Shown here: piece by piece, positions 41,611-52,090 of the stretch | Numbering within the stretch: position 1 is the first letter of the stretch | How the letters are laid out: every line of letters starts with the position of its first letter | Made by a program: the position numbers and the translations under genes | Notes under the pieces: model-generated | What the model was told of the DNA's origin: nothing | Seen by the model: only the letters and a program-made list of their open reading frames with translations | Databases searched by the model: none | Assembly (NCBI GenBank): GCA_963706595.1 | Contig: OY970166.1 | Coordinates: forward strand, 2,976,001 to 3,040,000 | Length of the DNA: 64,000 nt | Source: an uncultured cyanobacterium | Lineage (GTDB): Bacteria > Cyanobacteriota > Cyanobacteriia > Cyanobacteriales > Nostocaceae | Direction of reading: 5' to 3'

Positions 41611-43211
41611 CTAGCTATATCCATCCCAGGCTAGAGGAAAGGTGTAATCTGAGAACAAGGGAAAATCTGGGTTTTCCTTACGGGTTTCTTCGTCGAGGAC
41701 TTTTACTACTTTGTGATAAATGTCTTCTGCTTGTTGTGGGGAATCGCCAATGCTGGTTAATCCCAATTTGCCAAACTGGGAAAGACAACCCATGAGATGA
41801 AAAACTGTGCCTGTTTCTGTACAGCTATCAAAGTGCAGTCGGTGATGGGCGATAATATCCATTAAATCGTTGGGTAATAATCCCCGATAGCGGTCTTTTT
41901 GCAGGTTGTCGGTGGCTATATAGTATTTGGGTCGTCCTTGCTGACTGTAAAATAACCCGGTGGAAAGGTCGTAGCGTCCATTTGTTAACAATTTCAGGGT
42001 CATGAACGGATGCGTAGTTCCACCTTTACGCAAGTTAATTTCAATGGCTTGAATGTCCCACTGGCCGTTTCCTTGGTCTACGGTGATAAAGTCTACGCCA
42101 AATCTTTCAACTGCACCTTTTTCTGAGAGTTTTCTGCCGATTTGTAAACCGCATTGCTGTAATTGCAGCCGATAGCGGGAATCAGCCGGAAATCTACAAC
42201 CCAGATAAATTTGTCCGTCTGGTCCGCCGAGTATTTGGTCATGGGTGGAGACAATTTCGACTTCACCTGTGGGTGTGATGCGTCCTTGGACACTAGGCGA
42301 TCGCTTGATTTCTCCTTCGACAAATGCTTCGGCGATCGCACCTAACTCTGTAACCGGTTAGCAAAATTTCCCCAAGTCTCGTGTGTGGATTGAAAGCGCA
42401 TGGTGGGGAAGCGATCGCTAATTGCTGCTACTGTTTGGCTATGAGACACTTTCCCCGGTGCTAAATCCATAATTGGTCTCAAATCTAGCAGTGCATTTCC
42501 TTCTCCAGAAATGCCTTCATTGAGTTTGACAACTATTCTTTGTAATGTCGGTTGGCGTTCCCATAATTTACCCGCAACTTCTGCCAAATCTTGCTGATTA
42601 CAGACTTTTTCGCTGCCATCTGGTAGAGGAACTCCACTTTGGGCAAAGATTTGGCGACTACCGCTTTTTGTCCCCCAAATCTGTAAATTTGGTGCAACAG
42701 CATACAATGGCACATTTAATTCTAGAGATAATTCGGCTTCTAAAAATGTGGAATTGTAGCAAGTCATAAATGATTTTTCTAGTCTCAAGGCTTGGCGAAT
42801 TCGCTCTAGTAGCCGAGGACGTTCTAAAATCTTAGCCGTTAGGGGTCTAAGGGAAGAATCATAAGTGGACAGTAGCAGCAAGCGATTACGCGCATGGGAA
42901 AAGGGAATTCCCGGTAAAAGTTGCAAATAGTAATCAATCACACTCGGATGTAAAGGCATTGATGTGACGTAAATCAACCGAGTCCGGGGGTTTCGCAAGC
43001 GCATTAAAGAGAATAATAGTCTTTCTTCATAATGCTCACAACCTTCGATTTTATGCAGTTCATGCTGGTCGATGCTGAGGGAGGGAATAATTAAAATATC
43101 CGCCTCACCATAGTCAAATAGCTCAATGGTCGGCCAGCGATCGCATAAAGTTAACTGAAGATGGCGAAACTTTTCAACTTTGTCTAATTCTGAAATATTC
43201 AGCATCTCCAT
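41611..43211 (-). CDS. PGM1-related ATP-grasp peptide ligase, split by a 1-nt deletion near 42354
   Basis: HYEERLLF, KLNEGISGEGNA; continues in another frame AEAFVEG...SPSVQG...STHDQILGG...EINLRKGGTTHP; span 1601 nt. Confidence 0.82.
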
Positions 43212-43719
43212 AATCCCTTCTCTGTATTGATCCCCAATACTGCCTTCTTACTCTGGTATATACCAAAGCCAGTCAGATACAGCTAATATGCAACACTTCT
43301 TTGACTGCTGTTAACCTATGTTGAGTGAAGAACTAAAAATACACAAAAGCACAAACAGCTATTTTGCTCAGATATTGCCTGTATTGTTAAAACCGGAGAA
43401 ACAACTATAGCTATCTCCATTCAGTTGTGAGAAAGCACTTAGATTTGACTCCACAACTAAAAGTCAAATTTTATTCAGCCCTGCCCATTAAAAATCACTG
43501 TGGATGGCTATCTTTGTCATATTTGACGATATTTAGCACTGATTTAAATGCAACATAGATTTTACCAATTATTTGTAAATAAACCAACATAAATAAATTA
43601 TATGTATAGAGATGTTGCGTACCCCGTTTTGCTTGAGTTAGTTGGTCAATTCCCTCCTAAAATAAAAAACATTATCTAAAAAGTTTATTACTGTACTTAT
43701 TGCTAATATCGGGAGGGGA

Positions 43720-44661
43720 ATGATGGTCCGTCCAATAATTTTGGGAATTGTCGGTGATAGCGCCGCAGGCAAAACAACACTGACTAGGGGAATTGCTCAG
43801 GTACTAGGTCCAGAAAATGTTACCCTCATCTGTACTGATGATTATCACAGTTATGATCGTCAGCAACGTGCAGAAATGGGTATCACAGCCCTTCATCCTG
43901 ATTGTAATCATTTAGATATCATGCAGCAGCATTTATCGCTGCTACGCACAGGACAACCGATTCTCAAACCGGTTTACAGTCATTCAACTGGGAAATTTGA
44001 GGCTCCACAATACATTAAGCCCAATAAATTTGTGATCATTGAAGGCTTACTCGGTTATTCTACCCGTGCAGCCCGTGAGGCTTACGACGTAAAAGTTTAT
44101 CTTGCACCTCCCGAAGAACTCCGCGCTGAGTGGAAAGTGAAGCGGGATACTCAAAAACGAGGCTATACTGCTGAACAGGTATTGGCAGAACTAGAAAAGC
44201 GTGAACCAGACTCAGCAAATTATATTCGTCCTCAGCGTCAATGGTCGGATATAGTGGTGAGTTTTTATCCCGCCAATGAAGAAGACGAGGATAATAATGG
44301 ACATTTAAACGTGCGGTTGGTACTGCGACCAACAATCCCTCATCCTGATTTTACTTCAATTTTGAACTTAACTAACGGTAATTCTGAGTCAGCGATTCGC
44401 CTGGGATTAGATAGGGATATGAGTAAACCTGTGGATGTGTTGGAAGTTGATGGTCATGCGACTTTGGAACAGGTGAATAAGTTAGAGCATATTTTATGTT
44501 CAGATATGCCTTACTTATTAAATGTGTGCGATCGCGAGAGTAATCCAGAATTGGGTAAAATTGCGGGAACAACTGGAGAGACATTGCAAAGTTATCCTTT
44601 AGCGCTGACGCAGTTGATTATTACCTACCACATGCTCAAAGCAACGCAAATGTATCAGTGA
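43720..44661 (+). CDS. prk: Phosphoribulokinase-family protein (second-copy type)
   Basis: GDSAAGKTT, DDYH, ITALHP, EGL, RD..KRG, YIRPQR. Confidence 0.8.
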   Translation: MMVRPIILGIVGDSAAGKTTLTRGIAQVLGPENVTLICTDDYHSYDRQQRAEMGITALHPDCNHLDIMQQHLSLLRTGQPILKPVYSHSTGKFEAPQYIKPNKFVIIEGLLGYSTRAAREAYDVKVYLAPPEELRAEWKVKRDTQKRGYTAEQVLAELEKREPDSANYIRPQRQWSDIVVSFYPANEEDEDNNGHLNVRLVLRPTIPHPDFTSILNLTNGNSESAIRLGLDRDMSKPVDVLEVDGHATLEQVNKLEHILCSDMPYLLNVCDRESNPELGKIAGTTGETLQSYPLALTQLIITYHMLKATQMYQ

Positions 44662-44693
44662 TATCCTCTTACAACTGTAATTGTGATTTAATC

Positions 44694-44809
44694 AGGACTT
44701 ACGCAAAATTATGAAAAAACGAACCACATTCGCGTAGCGTCTCCCCTTGGGAGAAGGACGCAAAGAACACAAAGGAAAGAGGGTTTGAGAGAGCTATTGC
44801 GTAAGTCCT
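44694..44809. mobile_element. MITE-like element with 13-bp terminal inverted repeats
   Basis: AGGACTTACGCAA ... TTGCGTAAGTCCT. Confidence 0.75.
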
Positions 44810-44818
44810 AATAAATAT

Positions 44819-45289
44819 TCACGCAGCAGCCTCTTGACGGAAATAACCTCCAGCTACAGCAGTATATAGTCCTGATTCAATTAGCCATCTTTGAGAATCA
44901 TCAATTTCTTCGGTAAGTTTCTCAGAATGAATAATTTTACTCAGCCAGGATGCAACAATTAATTCCAGACTTTGACCTGTGATGTCATTAGCAGATACTC
45001 CTGCTTGTTCAAAGTCGGGTTGAAGAAAAGGGCGTGCGTCTATATTATAAGTGGGTTGAATTTCGTCTACTTGTGCAGCCGCACCAGTCCACAAGTAGAA
45101 TTTATCTGGAAAAACCATCAGAAAGTAAGGCGCTTTTGGGAAAGTACCGTGCGCCAACATATTGCGCCGCAGTTTTTCCGCCCATTCTGAAGAAGTATTG
45201 AGTTTGTTTTTAATCTCGACAACCAGCACTAATTGATTGTCTTGGTTATACACAGCTAAATCCCAACCAGCATCCCGACGAGTAAACAT
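44819..45289 (-). CDS. Hypothetical protein, possible PD-(D/E)xK fold
   Basis: WDLAVY...VVEIK pattern. Confidence 0.6.
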   Translation of the reverse strand: MFTRRDAGWDLAVYNQDNQLVLVVEIKNKLNTSSEWAEKLRRNMLAHGTFPKAPYFLMVFPDKFYLWTGAAAQVDEIQPTYNIDARPFLQPDFEQAGVSANDITGQSLELIVASWLSKIIHSEKLTEEIDDSQRWLIESGLYTAVAGGYFRQEAAA

Positions 45290-45599
45290 GATTTAAAACC
45301 TTTTTACACGGTTAACTATTGATCATTTTGACGCAGAATCGGGTAAGTCTTCATCTATAGAACCCATTTGATTATTGTTGGCGTAGCCTGCGCTTGGCGC
45401 TTACAAACACATAGTAGCGTGGCAAGCTTAAATATAGTGCATTAGTTTAGAGGTAAAAAAACGCCGATAAACGCCGATAAACGCGGATGATATGGATTGA
45501 CAGCAGAACGAGTGCGCGATCGCAGTAATAGTAGTTTATTTTTGCTAAACTAAGAATTTGCTCGCCTTCCTCCCACTGCTGCAACATAACCAAGAAGAG

Positions 45600-45893
45600 A
45601 TGATGGCTGAACTCAAACTCAGGTCAAAAGATCCAGATTCCCTGAGAAGAATCATTCAAAGTGCTTTGTCAGAAAGATTGCAAAGTGTTAAAGCTGGAAT
45701 TCAAAGGACAGAAGAACGCCTTCAGGAATTTGAAACTAAGTATCAATTATCAACGGTGGAATTTATCCGCCGCTTTAATAATGATGAATTCTCCCATAGT
45801 TTTGACTTTGATGAATGGATTGGGGAATCTAGAATGTTGGCGCATTTACAACAGACAAAAGAAGCTATAGAGGAAGTCAATTTTGTTAATTGA
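45600..45893 (+). CDS. Putative antitoxin (TumA-like)
   Basis: LQEFETKYQLSTVEF...FDEW pattern; overlaps the start of the DUF6516-like gene. Confidence 0.6.
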   Translation: MMAELKLRSKDPDSLRRIIQSALSERLQSVKAGIQRTEERLQEFETKYQLSTVEFIRRFNNDEFSHSFDFDEWIGESRMLAHLQQTKEAIEEVNFVN

Positions 45894-46272
45894 AGACTAT
45901 TTTCAGGAAATTCAACTTTTGATTGAATCCTCTAAAATAGTACAATTATTTAATATTACTAATGAAAAAAGAGGGTTATAGGAAGGCTTTATTAAAGGAC
46001 ATATCAGCTTTAAAGATAACTCATTACTGCATTTGCGAGAATTTGTCTATGTTGAAATCCAGATAGATAGAAAAATGTATAGTTATCAATATATGAATAC
46101 ACACAATAATCTAATATTTCGCTATGACAATACCGAACATCACCGAAAATTAAATCTTCCTACTTTTCCGCATCATAAACATAATGGTAGTGAGCAGAAT
46201 GTTATTCAATCAAATGCTCCTTTTTTAGTTGAGGTACTTCAAGAGGTTGAAAAAATATTAGAGACTGCCTAA
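45883..46272 (+). pseudogene. DUF6516/TumE-like toxin gene with in-frame TAG at 45979-45981
   Basis: TTG 45883 is in frame with YSYQY...LIFRYDN..HH...TFPHHKH; a single stop interrupts it. Confidence 0.75.
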
Positions 46273-46289
46273 TCGCACTGTGAAAGTCC

Positions 46290-47279
46290 CTACAAACCCG
46301 ATTCAGCCAAAGCCACAGCACCCCAAAGCGGCGCATCATCACCCAAAGCCGCCGGCACAATTGCAAAATCAACTTCCGGTAAAGCAGTCTCCCGTGACAC
46401 CTTACGTACAACATCCCACCAATTATCCCCAGCCTTAATTACACTCCCACCCAAAATAAACAACTGTGGATTAATCAAATTTGCCACATTACCAATACCC
46501 ACACCCAAAGCCCAAGCACCCTTAAATAAAACATCCTGCGCTAACTCATCACCTTGCGCCGCAGCATCACTCACCACCTTTCCCGTAATCAAATCCAAAT
46601 CATTACCCACCAACCCCCTCAAAATCTTTCCTTTGCGTCCTTGGCGACTAACGCCCTGGGGGCATACGCTGCGCGAAGGCGGTTCGTCCTCCAAAACTCC
46701 CCTAACATCCTTCGCCATATAAGGCCCCGAAGCCAACCTTTCCACACAACCCCGCTTCCCACACAAACACACAGGCCCCGCAGGGTCTACAACTATATGA
46801 CCAATTTCACCAGCCATTCCGCCCACACCCCGCCAAGGCTGACCATTGAGTATCCAACCACCACCGACACCAGTGCTAATAGTGATATAAAACAAGCTGT
46901 GATTTCCCTCACCAGCACCAAAGCGATATTCACCCAAAGCCGCCACATTAGCATCATTATCCACAGTCACAGGAACCCTAAACTCGTCCTCTAGCAATTC
47001 TTTAAGGGGAATATTTTCCCAACCAGCGACGTGGTGAGACAGTCGCACAGTCCCAGTAGACGCGTCTACTGGTCCCCCAAAACTAACACCAATTGCATCA
47101 GGTTTTTCTCCTTGCAGTAAAGAATTAATCAGGTCGCGCATGATCTCCAAGTCAGTGCTAGCATTGGCATTAGTTGGCGAAAGGCGACGTTCATACCGTA
47201 ACCATTTTCTAGAACCAGAATTTACCAGTGCTGCGGCCAGCTTCGTTCCGCCAAAATCCAGCGCTAAAATTAACGTCAT
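46290..47279 (-). CDS. ROK-family sugar kinase
   Basis: LDFGGTK, DNDANVAALGE, STGVGGG, GEIGH, CLCGKRGCVE. Confidence 0.92.
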   Translation of the reverse strand: MTLILALDFGGTKLAAALVNSGSRKWLRYERRLSPTNANASTDLEIMRDLINSLLQGEKPDAIGVSFGGPVDASTGTVRLSHHVAGWENIPLKELLEDEFRVPVTVDNDANVAALGEYRFGAGEGNHSLFYITISTGVGGGWILNGQPWRGVGGMAGEIGHIVVDPAGPVCLCGKRGCVERLASGPYMAKDVRGVLEDEPPSRSVCPQGVSRQGRKGKILRGLVGNDLDLITGKVVSDAAAQGDELAQDVLFKGAWALGVGIGNVANLINPQLFILGGSVIKAGDNWWDVVRKVSRETALPEVDFAIVPAALGDDAPLWGAVALAESGL

Positions 47280-47381
47280 AATTTCCTCCAAACATTCCCA
47301 AGAAAAACAGATAATTATCCAGAAACTACCCAAAAGCTGATAGCGTCAAACAATAGAAAATATCTTTGTGGAAGTTACAGC

Positions 47382-49106
47382 TTGAAAACCCGTTCTAATT
47401 ACTGGCAATTATCACCTTATCTCCGACCCCATTGGCAAAATATTACCAAGGGATTTATTGGCATTATCGGTTATGTACTGGCGACGTTAACCTTAATTAA
47501 TCTTGCGGGTAGATTGGCAACTCCCTTTGGTGAAGGTAATGTAGTAGCGATCGCGCAATTAGCTGGAATCCTAGTTTTAGTATTTCTGGTGCGGGGCTTT
47601 TTTCAGTCTGTGCAAGATATGTACATGGCAAAAGTGGCTTTAAGGGTGGCTTTTGACCTCCGCAAGCGGGTTTACTCCCATTTGCAAAAACTGGATCTCA
47701 GTTATTTTGAAACAGCAAAAGCTGGTGATTTATCTTACCGCCTCACCGAAGATATTGACCGGATTGGGGAAGTGGTCAATAAAGGATTTCACGACTTTAT
47801 CCCCTGCGCTTTGCAATTGCTGGCTATCCCCATCTACATGATTTACCTGAATTGGCAATTAACACTAGCGACAGTGGTTGTTGCGCCACTGATGGGTATT
47901 TTAATTGGCTGGTTTGGGGAAAGGTTACGTAAGTATTCTCTCAAAAGTCAAAATCGTGTTTCTGGCTTATCGGCAATTCTCACAGAAGTATTTAGCGGTA
48001 TTCGTTTAGTACAAGCTTTTGCTGCTGAAAACCATGAAATTGCTCGCTTTAGTAATGAAGCAGAGCGTAGTTTCCAAGCTAAATTCTCTGCCGACCGTTT
48101 AAAAGCTATTCAAATACCCATCGTGGGCTTTCTAGAAGCTTTAAGTGCAGTGTCTTTAGTTATAGTGGGAGCATGGCAAATTGCCCAAAATAACTTAACA
48201 GTGGGAGAGTTTTTCAGCTACTTAACGGCGGCGGCGTTGTTAATTGACCCCATTGGTCATACTACTAATAATTACAACGAGTTTAAACAAGGTGAGGCTT
48301 CCGTTGACCGGATTTTTGAATTGATGGCTATTCAACCAACGGTATTAGAAAAGCCCAATGCGATCGCCTTACCCCCAGTCAAAGGAAAAGTAGAATATCG
48401 TCATGTTTCCTTTGCCTACAAACCCGGCGAACCTGTATTAAAAGATATCAGTTTATTGGCATTACCAGGAGAAGCGATCGCCTTAGTTGGTGCTTCCGGT
48501 GCGGGTAAAACCACCTTTGTGAATTTACTTCCCCGCTTTTATGATCCAGAAGTCGGTGAAATCTTGATTGACGGTGTAGATATTCGGGATGTGAAGCTTC
48601 AGAGTTTGCGGCGACAAATTGGGATTGTTCCCCAAGAAACCGTGATGTTTTCCGGGACAATTGCTCAAAATATTGCTTTTGGTCAGAATTCCTTTGACAT
48701 GGACGCAGTAGCAGAAGCCGCTAAAATTGCCAACGCCCACCAATTTATTACTCAGTTACCAGAGGGTTACTATACCTGGGTGGGAGAAAGAGGAGTCAAT
48801 TTATCTGGTGGACAACGCCAAAGAATTGCGATCGCCCGTGCGGTATTTCTCAACCCGCAAATCCTGATATTAGACGAAGCCACATCAGCCTTAGATTCCG
48901 AATCAGAAGCCTTAGTCCAAGAAGCCTTAGAAAGACTAATGCAGAATCGCACAGTATTTATTATTGCTCACCGTTTAAGCACAGTCCGAAGATGCGATCG
49001 CATATTAGTTCTAGAACGGGGACAAATTGTCGAATCAGGAACCCACGAAGAACTGCTAAAACTTGAGCAACGCTACGCAAGATTTTACGCCCAACAATTT
49101 AGTTAA
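47382..49106 (+). CDS. ABC transporter fused permease/ATPase (MsbA-like)
   Basis: GASGAGKTT, LSGGQRQR, ILDEATSALD, IAHRLST. Confidence 0.93.
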   Translation: MKTRSNYWQLSPYLRPHWQNITKGFIGIIGYVLATLTLINLAGRLATPFGEGNVVAIAQLAGILVLVFLVRGFFQSVQDMYMAKVALRVAFDLRKRVYSHLQKLDLSYFETAKAGDLSYRLTEDIDRIGEVVNKGFHDFIPCALQLLAIPIYMIYLNWQLTLATVVVAPLMGILIGWFGERLRKYSLKSQNRVSGLSAILTEVFSGIRLVQAFAAENHEIARFSNEAERSFQAKFSADRLKAIQIPIVGFLEALSAVSLVIVGAWQIAQNNLTVGEFFSYLTAAALLIDPIGHTTNNYNEFKQGEASVDRIFELMAIQPTVLEKPNAIALPPVKGKVEYRHVSFAYKPGEPVLKDISLLALPGEAIALVGASGAGKTTFVNLLPRFYDPEVGEILIDGVDIRDVKLQSLRRQIGIVPQETVMFSGTIAQNIAFGQNSFDMDAVAEAAKIANAHQFITQLPEGYYTWVGERGVNLSGGQRQRIAIARAVFLNPQILILDEATSALDSESEALVQEALERLMQNRTVFIIAHRLSTVRRCDRILVLERGQIVESGTHEELLKLEQRYARFYAQQFS

Positions 49107-49165
49107 AATCCTTAACTACCCTCTTAAATCTGCGTTTATCTGCGTTTATCTGCGTTTACTCACCA

Positions 49166-49201
49166 TAAAAAACGCCCCCTGTTTCCAGGAGGCGATTTTT
49201 A
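49166..49201. terminator. Bidirectional terminator downstream of psbA
   Basis: AAAAAACGCC.CCTG / CAGGAGGCG.TTTTT hairpin between convergent genes. Confidence 0.65.
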
Positions 49202-49219
49202 TTCAGCTAAACTTAATGA

Positions 49220-50302
49220 TTAACCGTTGATAGCAGGTGCAGTTAAAGCAACGGGAGCGACATCAGCAGCAGCCAAGTCTAGGGGGAAGTTGTGAGCGTT
49301 ACGCTCGTGCATTACTTCCATACCCAAGTTAGCGCGGTTGATTACGTCAGCCCAGGTAGCGATAACGCGACCTTGAGAATCAATTACCGATTGGTTGAAG
49401 TTGAAACCGTTCAAGTTGAAAGCCATTGTGCTGATACCCAAAGCGGTAAACCAGATACCGATTACAGGCCATGCAGCTAGGAAGAAGTGAAGTGAACGGC
49501 TGTTGTTGAAGGAAGCGTATTGGAAGATTAACCGACCAAAGTAACCGTGAGCAGCTACGATGTTGTAGGTTTCTTCTTCTTGTCCGAACTTGTAACCGTA
49601 GTTTTGTGATTCGGTTTCGGTTGTTTCACGTACCAAAGATGATGTTACCAAGGAACCGTGCATTGCGGAGAACAAAGAACCACCGAAGACACCAGCTACA
49701 CCCAACATATGGAAGGGGTGCATCAAGATGTTGTGTTCTGCTTGGAACACAATCATGAAGTTGAAGGTTCCGGAGATACCCAAAGGCATACCGTCAGAGA
49801 ATGAACCTTGACCAATTGGGTAGATCAAGAATACTGCTGTAGCAGATGCCAAAGGCGCAGAGTAAGCTACACAGATCCAAGGACGCATACCCAAGCGGTA
49901 AGATAGTTCCCACTGACGACCAAGGTAGCAAGCGCAACCGATCAAGAAGTGGAAAATTACCAATTGGTAAGGACCGCCGTTGTACAACCACTCATCTAAG
50001 GAAGCTGCTTCCCAGATTGGGTAGAAGTGCAAGCCGATAGCGTTAGAAGAAGGAACAACTGCACCAGAGATGATGTTGTTTCCGTAAATCAAGGAACCAG
50101 CTACGGGTTCACGGATACCGTCGATGTCTACTGGAGGAGCAGCTACGAATGCGATGATGAAGCAGGTTGTAGCAGCTAGTAGGGTTGGGATCATAAGAAC
50201 GCCGAACCAACCGATGTAAATTCGGTTATCGGTGCTGGTGATCCACTCGCAGAAGCGATCCCATACGTTAGCGCTTTGGCGCTGTTGTAAGGTAGTAGTC
50301 AT
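49220..50302 (-). CDS. psbA: Photosystem II D1 protein, Gln130 form
   Basis: 360 aa from [31 protein letters not shown]. Confidence 0.98.
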   Translation of the reverse strand: MTTTLQQRQSANVWDRFCEWITSTDNRIYIGWFGVLMIPTLLAATTCFIIAFVAAPPVDIDGIREPVAGSLIYGNNIISGAVVPSSNAIGLHFYPIWEAASLDEWLYNGGPYQLVIFHFLIGCACYLGRQWELSYRLGMRPWICVAYSAPLASATAVFLIYPIGQGSFSDGMPLGISGTFNFMIVFQAEHNILMHPFHMLGVAGVFGGSLFSAMHGSLVTSSLVRETTETESQNYGYKFGQEEETYNIVAAHGYFGRLIFQYASFNNSRSLHFFLAAWPVIGIWFTALGISTMAFNLNGFNFNQSVIDSQGRVIATWADVINRANLGMEVMHERNAHNFPLDLAAADVAPVALTAPAING

Positions 50303-50360
50303 GTTTTTATAATTGCTGTTGTTTTTATGAATCAGGTAGGTCTTTTTACCTGTTGTACAC

Positions 50361-50389
50361 ATACTAAACCATTTATTTAGATTTGTAAA
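50361..50389 (-). promoter_or_regulatory. psbA sigma70-type promoter
   Basis: TTTACA-17 bp-TAGTAT on the minus strand. Confidence 0.7.
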
Positions 50390-50554
50390 GCTTTTTAACA
50401 AATATATTTACAATTGCCCTGTAAAAACCTCCAAAACCAGATGCTGCTTATGAATGGGGTTTTAATATAAGAACCTCACCCCCAACACCTCTCCTTAGCA
50501 AGGAGAGGGGAGATGGGAATCTGAGCGAATCAACATCTATATATATAGTGTCTT

Positions 50555-51526
50555 ATGGGAAATTCTCATTCTTCCACCGTCACCTATAGCCCGGCTTATA
50601 CCATCGTTCCGACTTACGAGTGCTTCAATCGCTGTACATACTGCAACTTTCGCACCGCACCAGGTCAAAGCCCCTGGATGACTTTATCGGTAGCAGAAAG
50701 CATTTTCCTACAACTGCAAAGCCAGCAAGTATGTGAAATCCTCATTCTCAGTGGTGAAGTACATCCCCATTCACCCCAGCGTCAGCAGTGGTTTCAGCGA
50801 ATTTATGATTTGTGTGAGTTAGCTTTGGGAATGGGATTTTTACCACATACTAATGCGGGAATACTGAGTTTTGCGGAAATGCAAAAGCTGAAGAATGTCA
50901 ATGTTTCGATGGGTTTGATGCTGGAACAGTTAACCCCAGCATTTTTACAGACTGTGCATCGACACGCGCCGAGTAAATTACCAGAAATTAGGTTGCAACA
51001 ATTAGTATGGGCGGGAGAGTTGCAGATTCCCTTTACCACGGGTTTGCTTTTAGGAATTGGGGAAACTGAAGATGATTGCTGGGAGACTTTAGCGGCGATA
51101 TCTGATTTACATCAGCGTTACCATCACATTCAAGAAGTCATCTTGCAACCCCACAGCCCAGGAAATCAGCAAAGCTTTGATGCAGCAGCTTTTGATCCTC
51201 ATCAATTACCAGAAGTGATTGCGATCGCACGTCAAATTTTATCGCCAGATATTACAATTCAAATTCCGCCGAATTTAGTTCAAGATGATGGATGGTTACT
51301 GGCTTGTATAGAAGCGGGCGCGAGAGATTTAGGCGGAATTAGCCCCAAAGATGAAGTTAATCCTGATTATCCCCATATTCAGGAACAGGCTTTGAGAGAA
51401 ATTTTACAGCCTGCGGGGTGGGAATTAGTGCAACGGTTGCCTATTTATTCCCAGTTTGATAGTTGGTTGACTGGGGAATTGCAAAAAGCAGTTAAGCGAT
51501 CGCGCAATACTATGTTATTAATCTAA
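50555..51526 (+). CDS. cofG: FO synthase subunit CofG (radical SAM)
   Basis: TYECFNRCTYCNF, PHTNAG, SMGLMLE, PFTTGLLLGIGE, DLGGISP.D.VNP. Confidence 0.9.
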   Translation: MGNSHSSTVTYSPAYTIVPTYECFNRCTYCNFRTAPGQSPWMTLSVAESIFLQLQSQQVCEILILSGEVHPHSPQRQQWFQRIYDLCELALGMGFLPHTNAGILSFAEMQKLKNVNVSMGLMLEQLTPAFLQTVHRHAPSKLPEIRLQQLVWAGELQIPFTTGLLLGIGETEDDCWETLAAISDLHQRYHHIQEVILQPHSPGNQQSFDAAAFDPHQLPEVIAIARQILSPDITIQIPPNLVQDDGWLLACIEAGARDLGGISPKDEVNPDYPHIQEQALREILQPAGWELVQRLPIYSQFDSWLTGELQKAVKRSRNTMLLI

Positions 51527-51618
51527 CAGGTTTAGCGCGATCGCTAACCAAGAGCGATTACTTTACTACGGATGATCCAGAACATATACATCTACCTTGA
51601 GTTTGCCCAGATTTGACA

Positions 51619-52080
51619 ATGATCAATGATCAGGAATTACTTCATGGCGCTGCGTTGATGCGGCTAGTTGATCATGGAGAACGTCTCACAATCTCTCACG
51701 CATCTTGGATACATTCATCTATTTATCTAGTTGAAACTGAAACCAGTCAATCGGCTATTCTTTTTAAGGTTTCCAAAAAGCCCAAATCCGCATGGCCATT
51801 CACTTTAAGCAATCAAGAAGAATTAGCTTTAGCTACTCTGCATAGTAAATATCACAGTATTTCCGTATTTTTGGCATTCATCTGTCATAAAGACGGTATC
51901 TGTTGCATCTCTGAAGAAAGGCTTTGGACTATCCTAGACAAAAATTCTGGTATTGCAGGACAGCATATATCCATGTCTCGCAAGACACATGGTAGTTATC
52001 ATATAAGTGGACCAGGTAGACAACAGATGGATCAGACAGTCCCTCAGAATGACTGGCCTCGCGTACTATTTTCTAATTAG
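51619..52080 (+). CDS. Hypothetical protein, first gene of the Z1 module
   Basis: 153-aa ORF ending 10 bp before the Z1 gene; HGAAL and WPFTLS..E patterns. Confidence 0.65.
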   Translation: MINDQELLHGAALMRLVDHGERLTISHASWIHSSIYLVETETSQSAILFKVSKKPKSAWPFTLSNQEELALATLHSKYHSISVFLAFICHKDGICCISEERLWTILDKNSGIAGQHISMSRKTHGSYHISGPGRQQMDQTVPQNDWPRVLFSN

Positions 52081-52090
52081 GACAACACCG

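Noticed and set aside
42093..42341. 82-aa ORF between the two ligase halves
   Set aside because: Wrong-frame by-product; the ligase sequence continues in another frame
50303..50401. 33-aa N-terminal extension of D1 in the ORF track
   Set aside because: Spans the psbA promoter and UTR; D1 starts at MTTTLQQR (50302)
52007..52090. N-terminal extension of the Z1 protein
   Set aside because: Overlaps the upstream gene; ATG 52091 has an AGGA RBS and fits better
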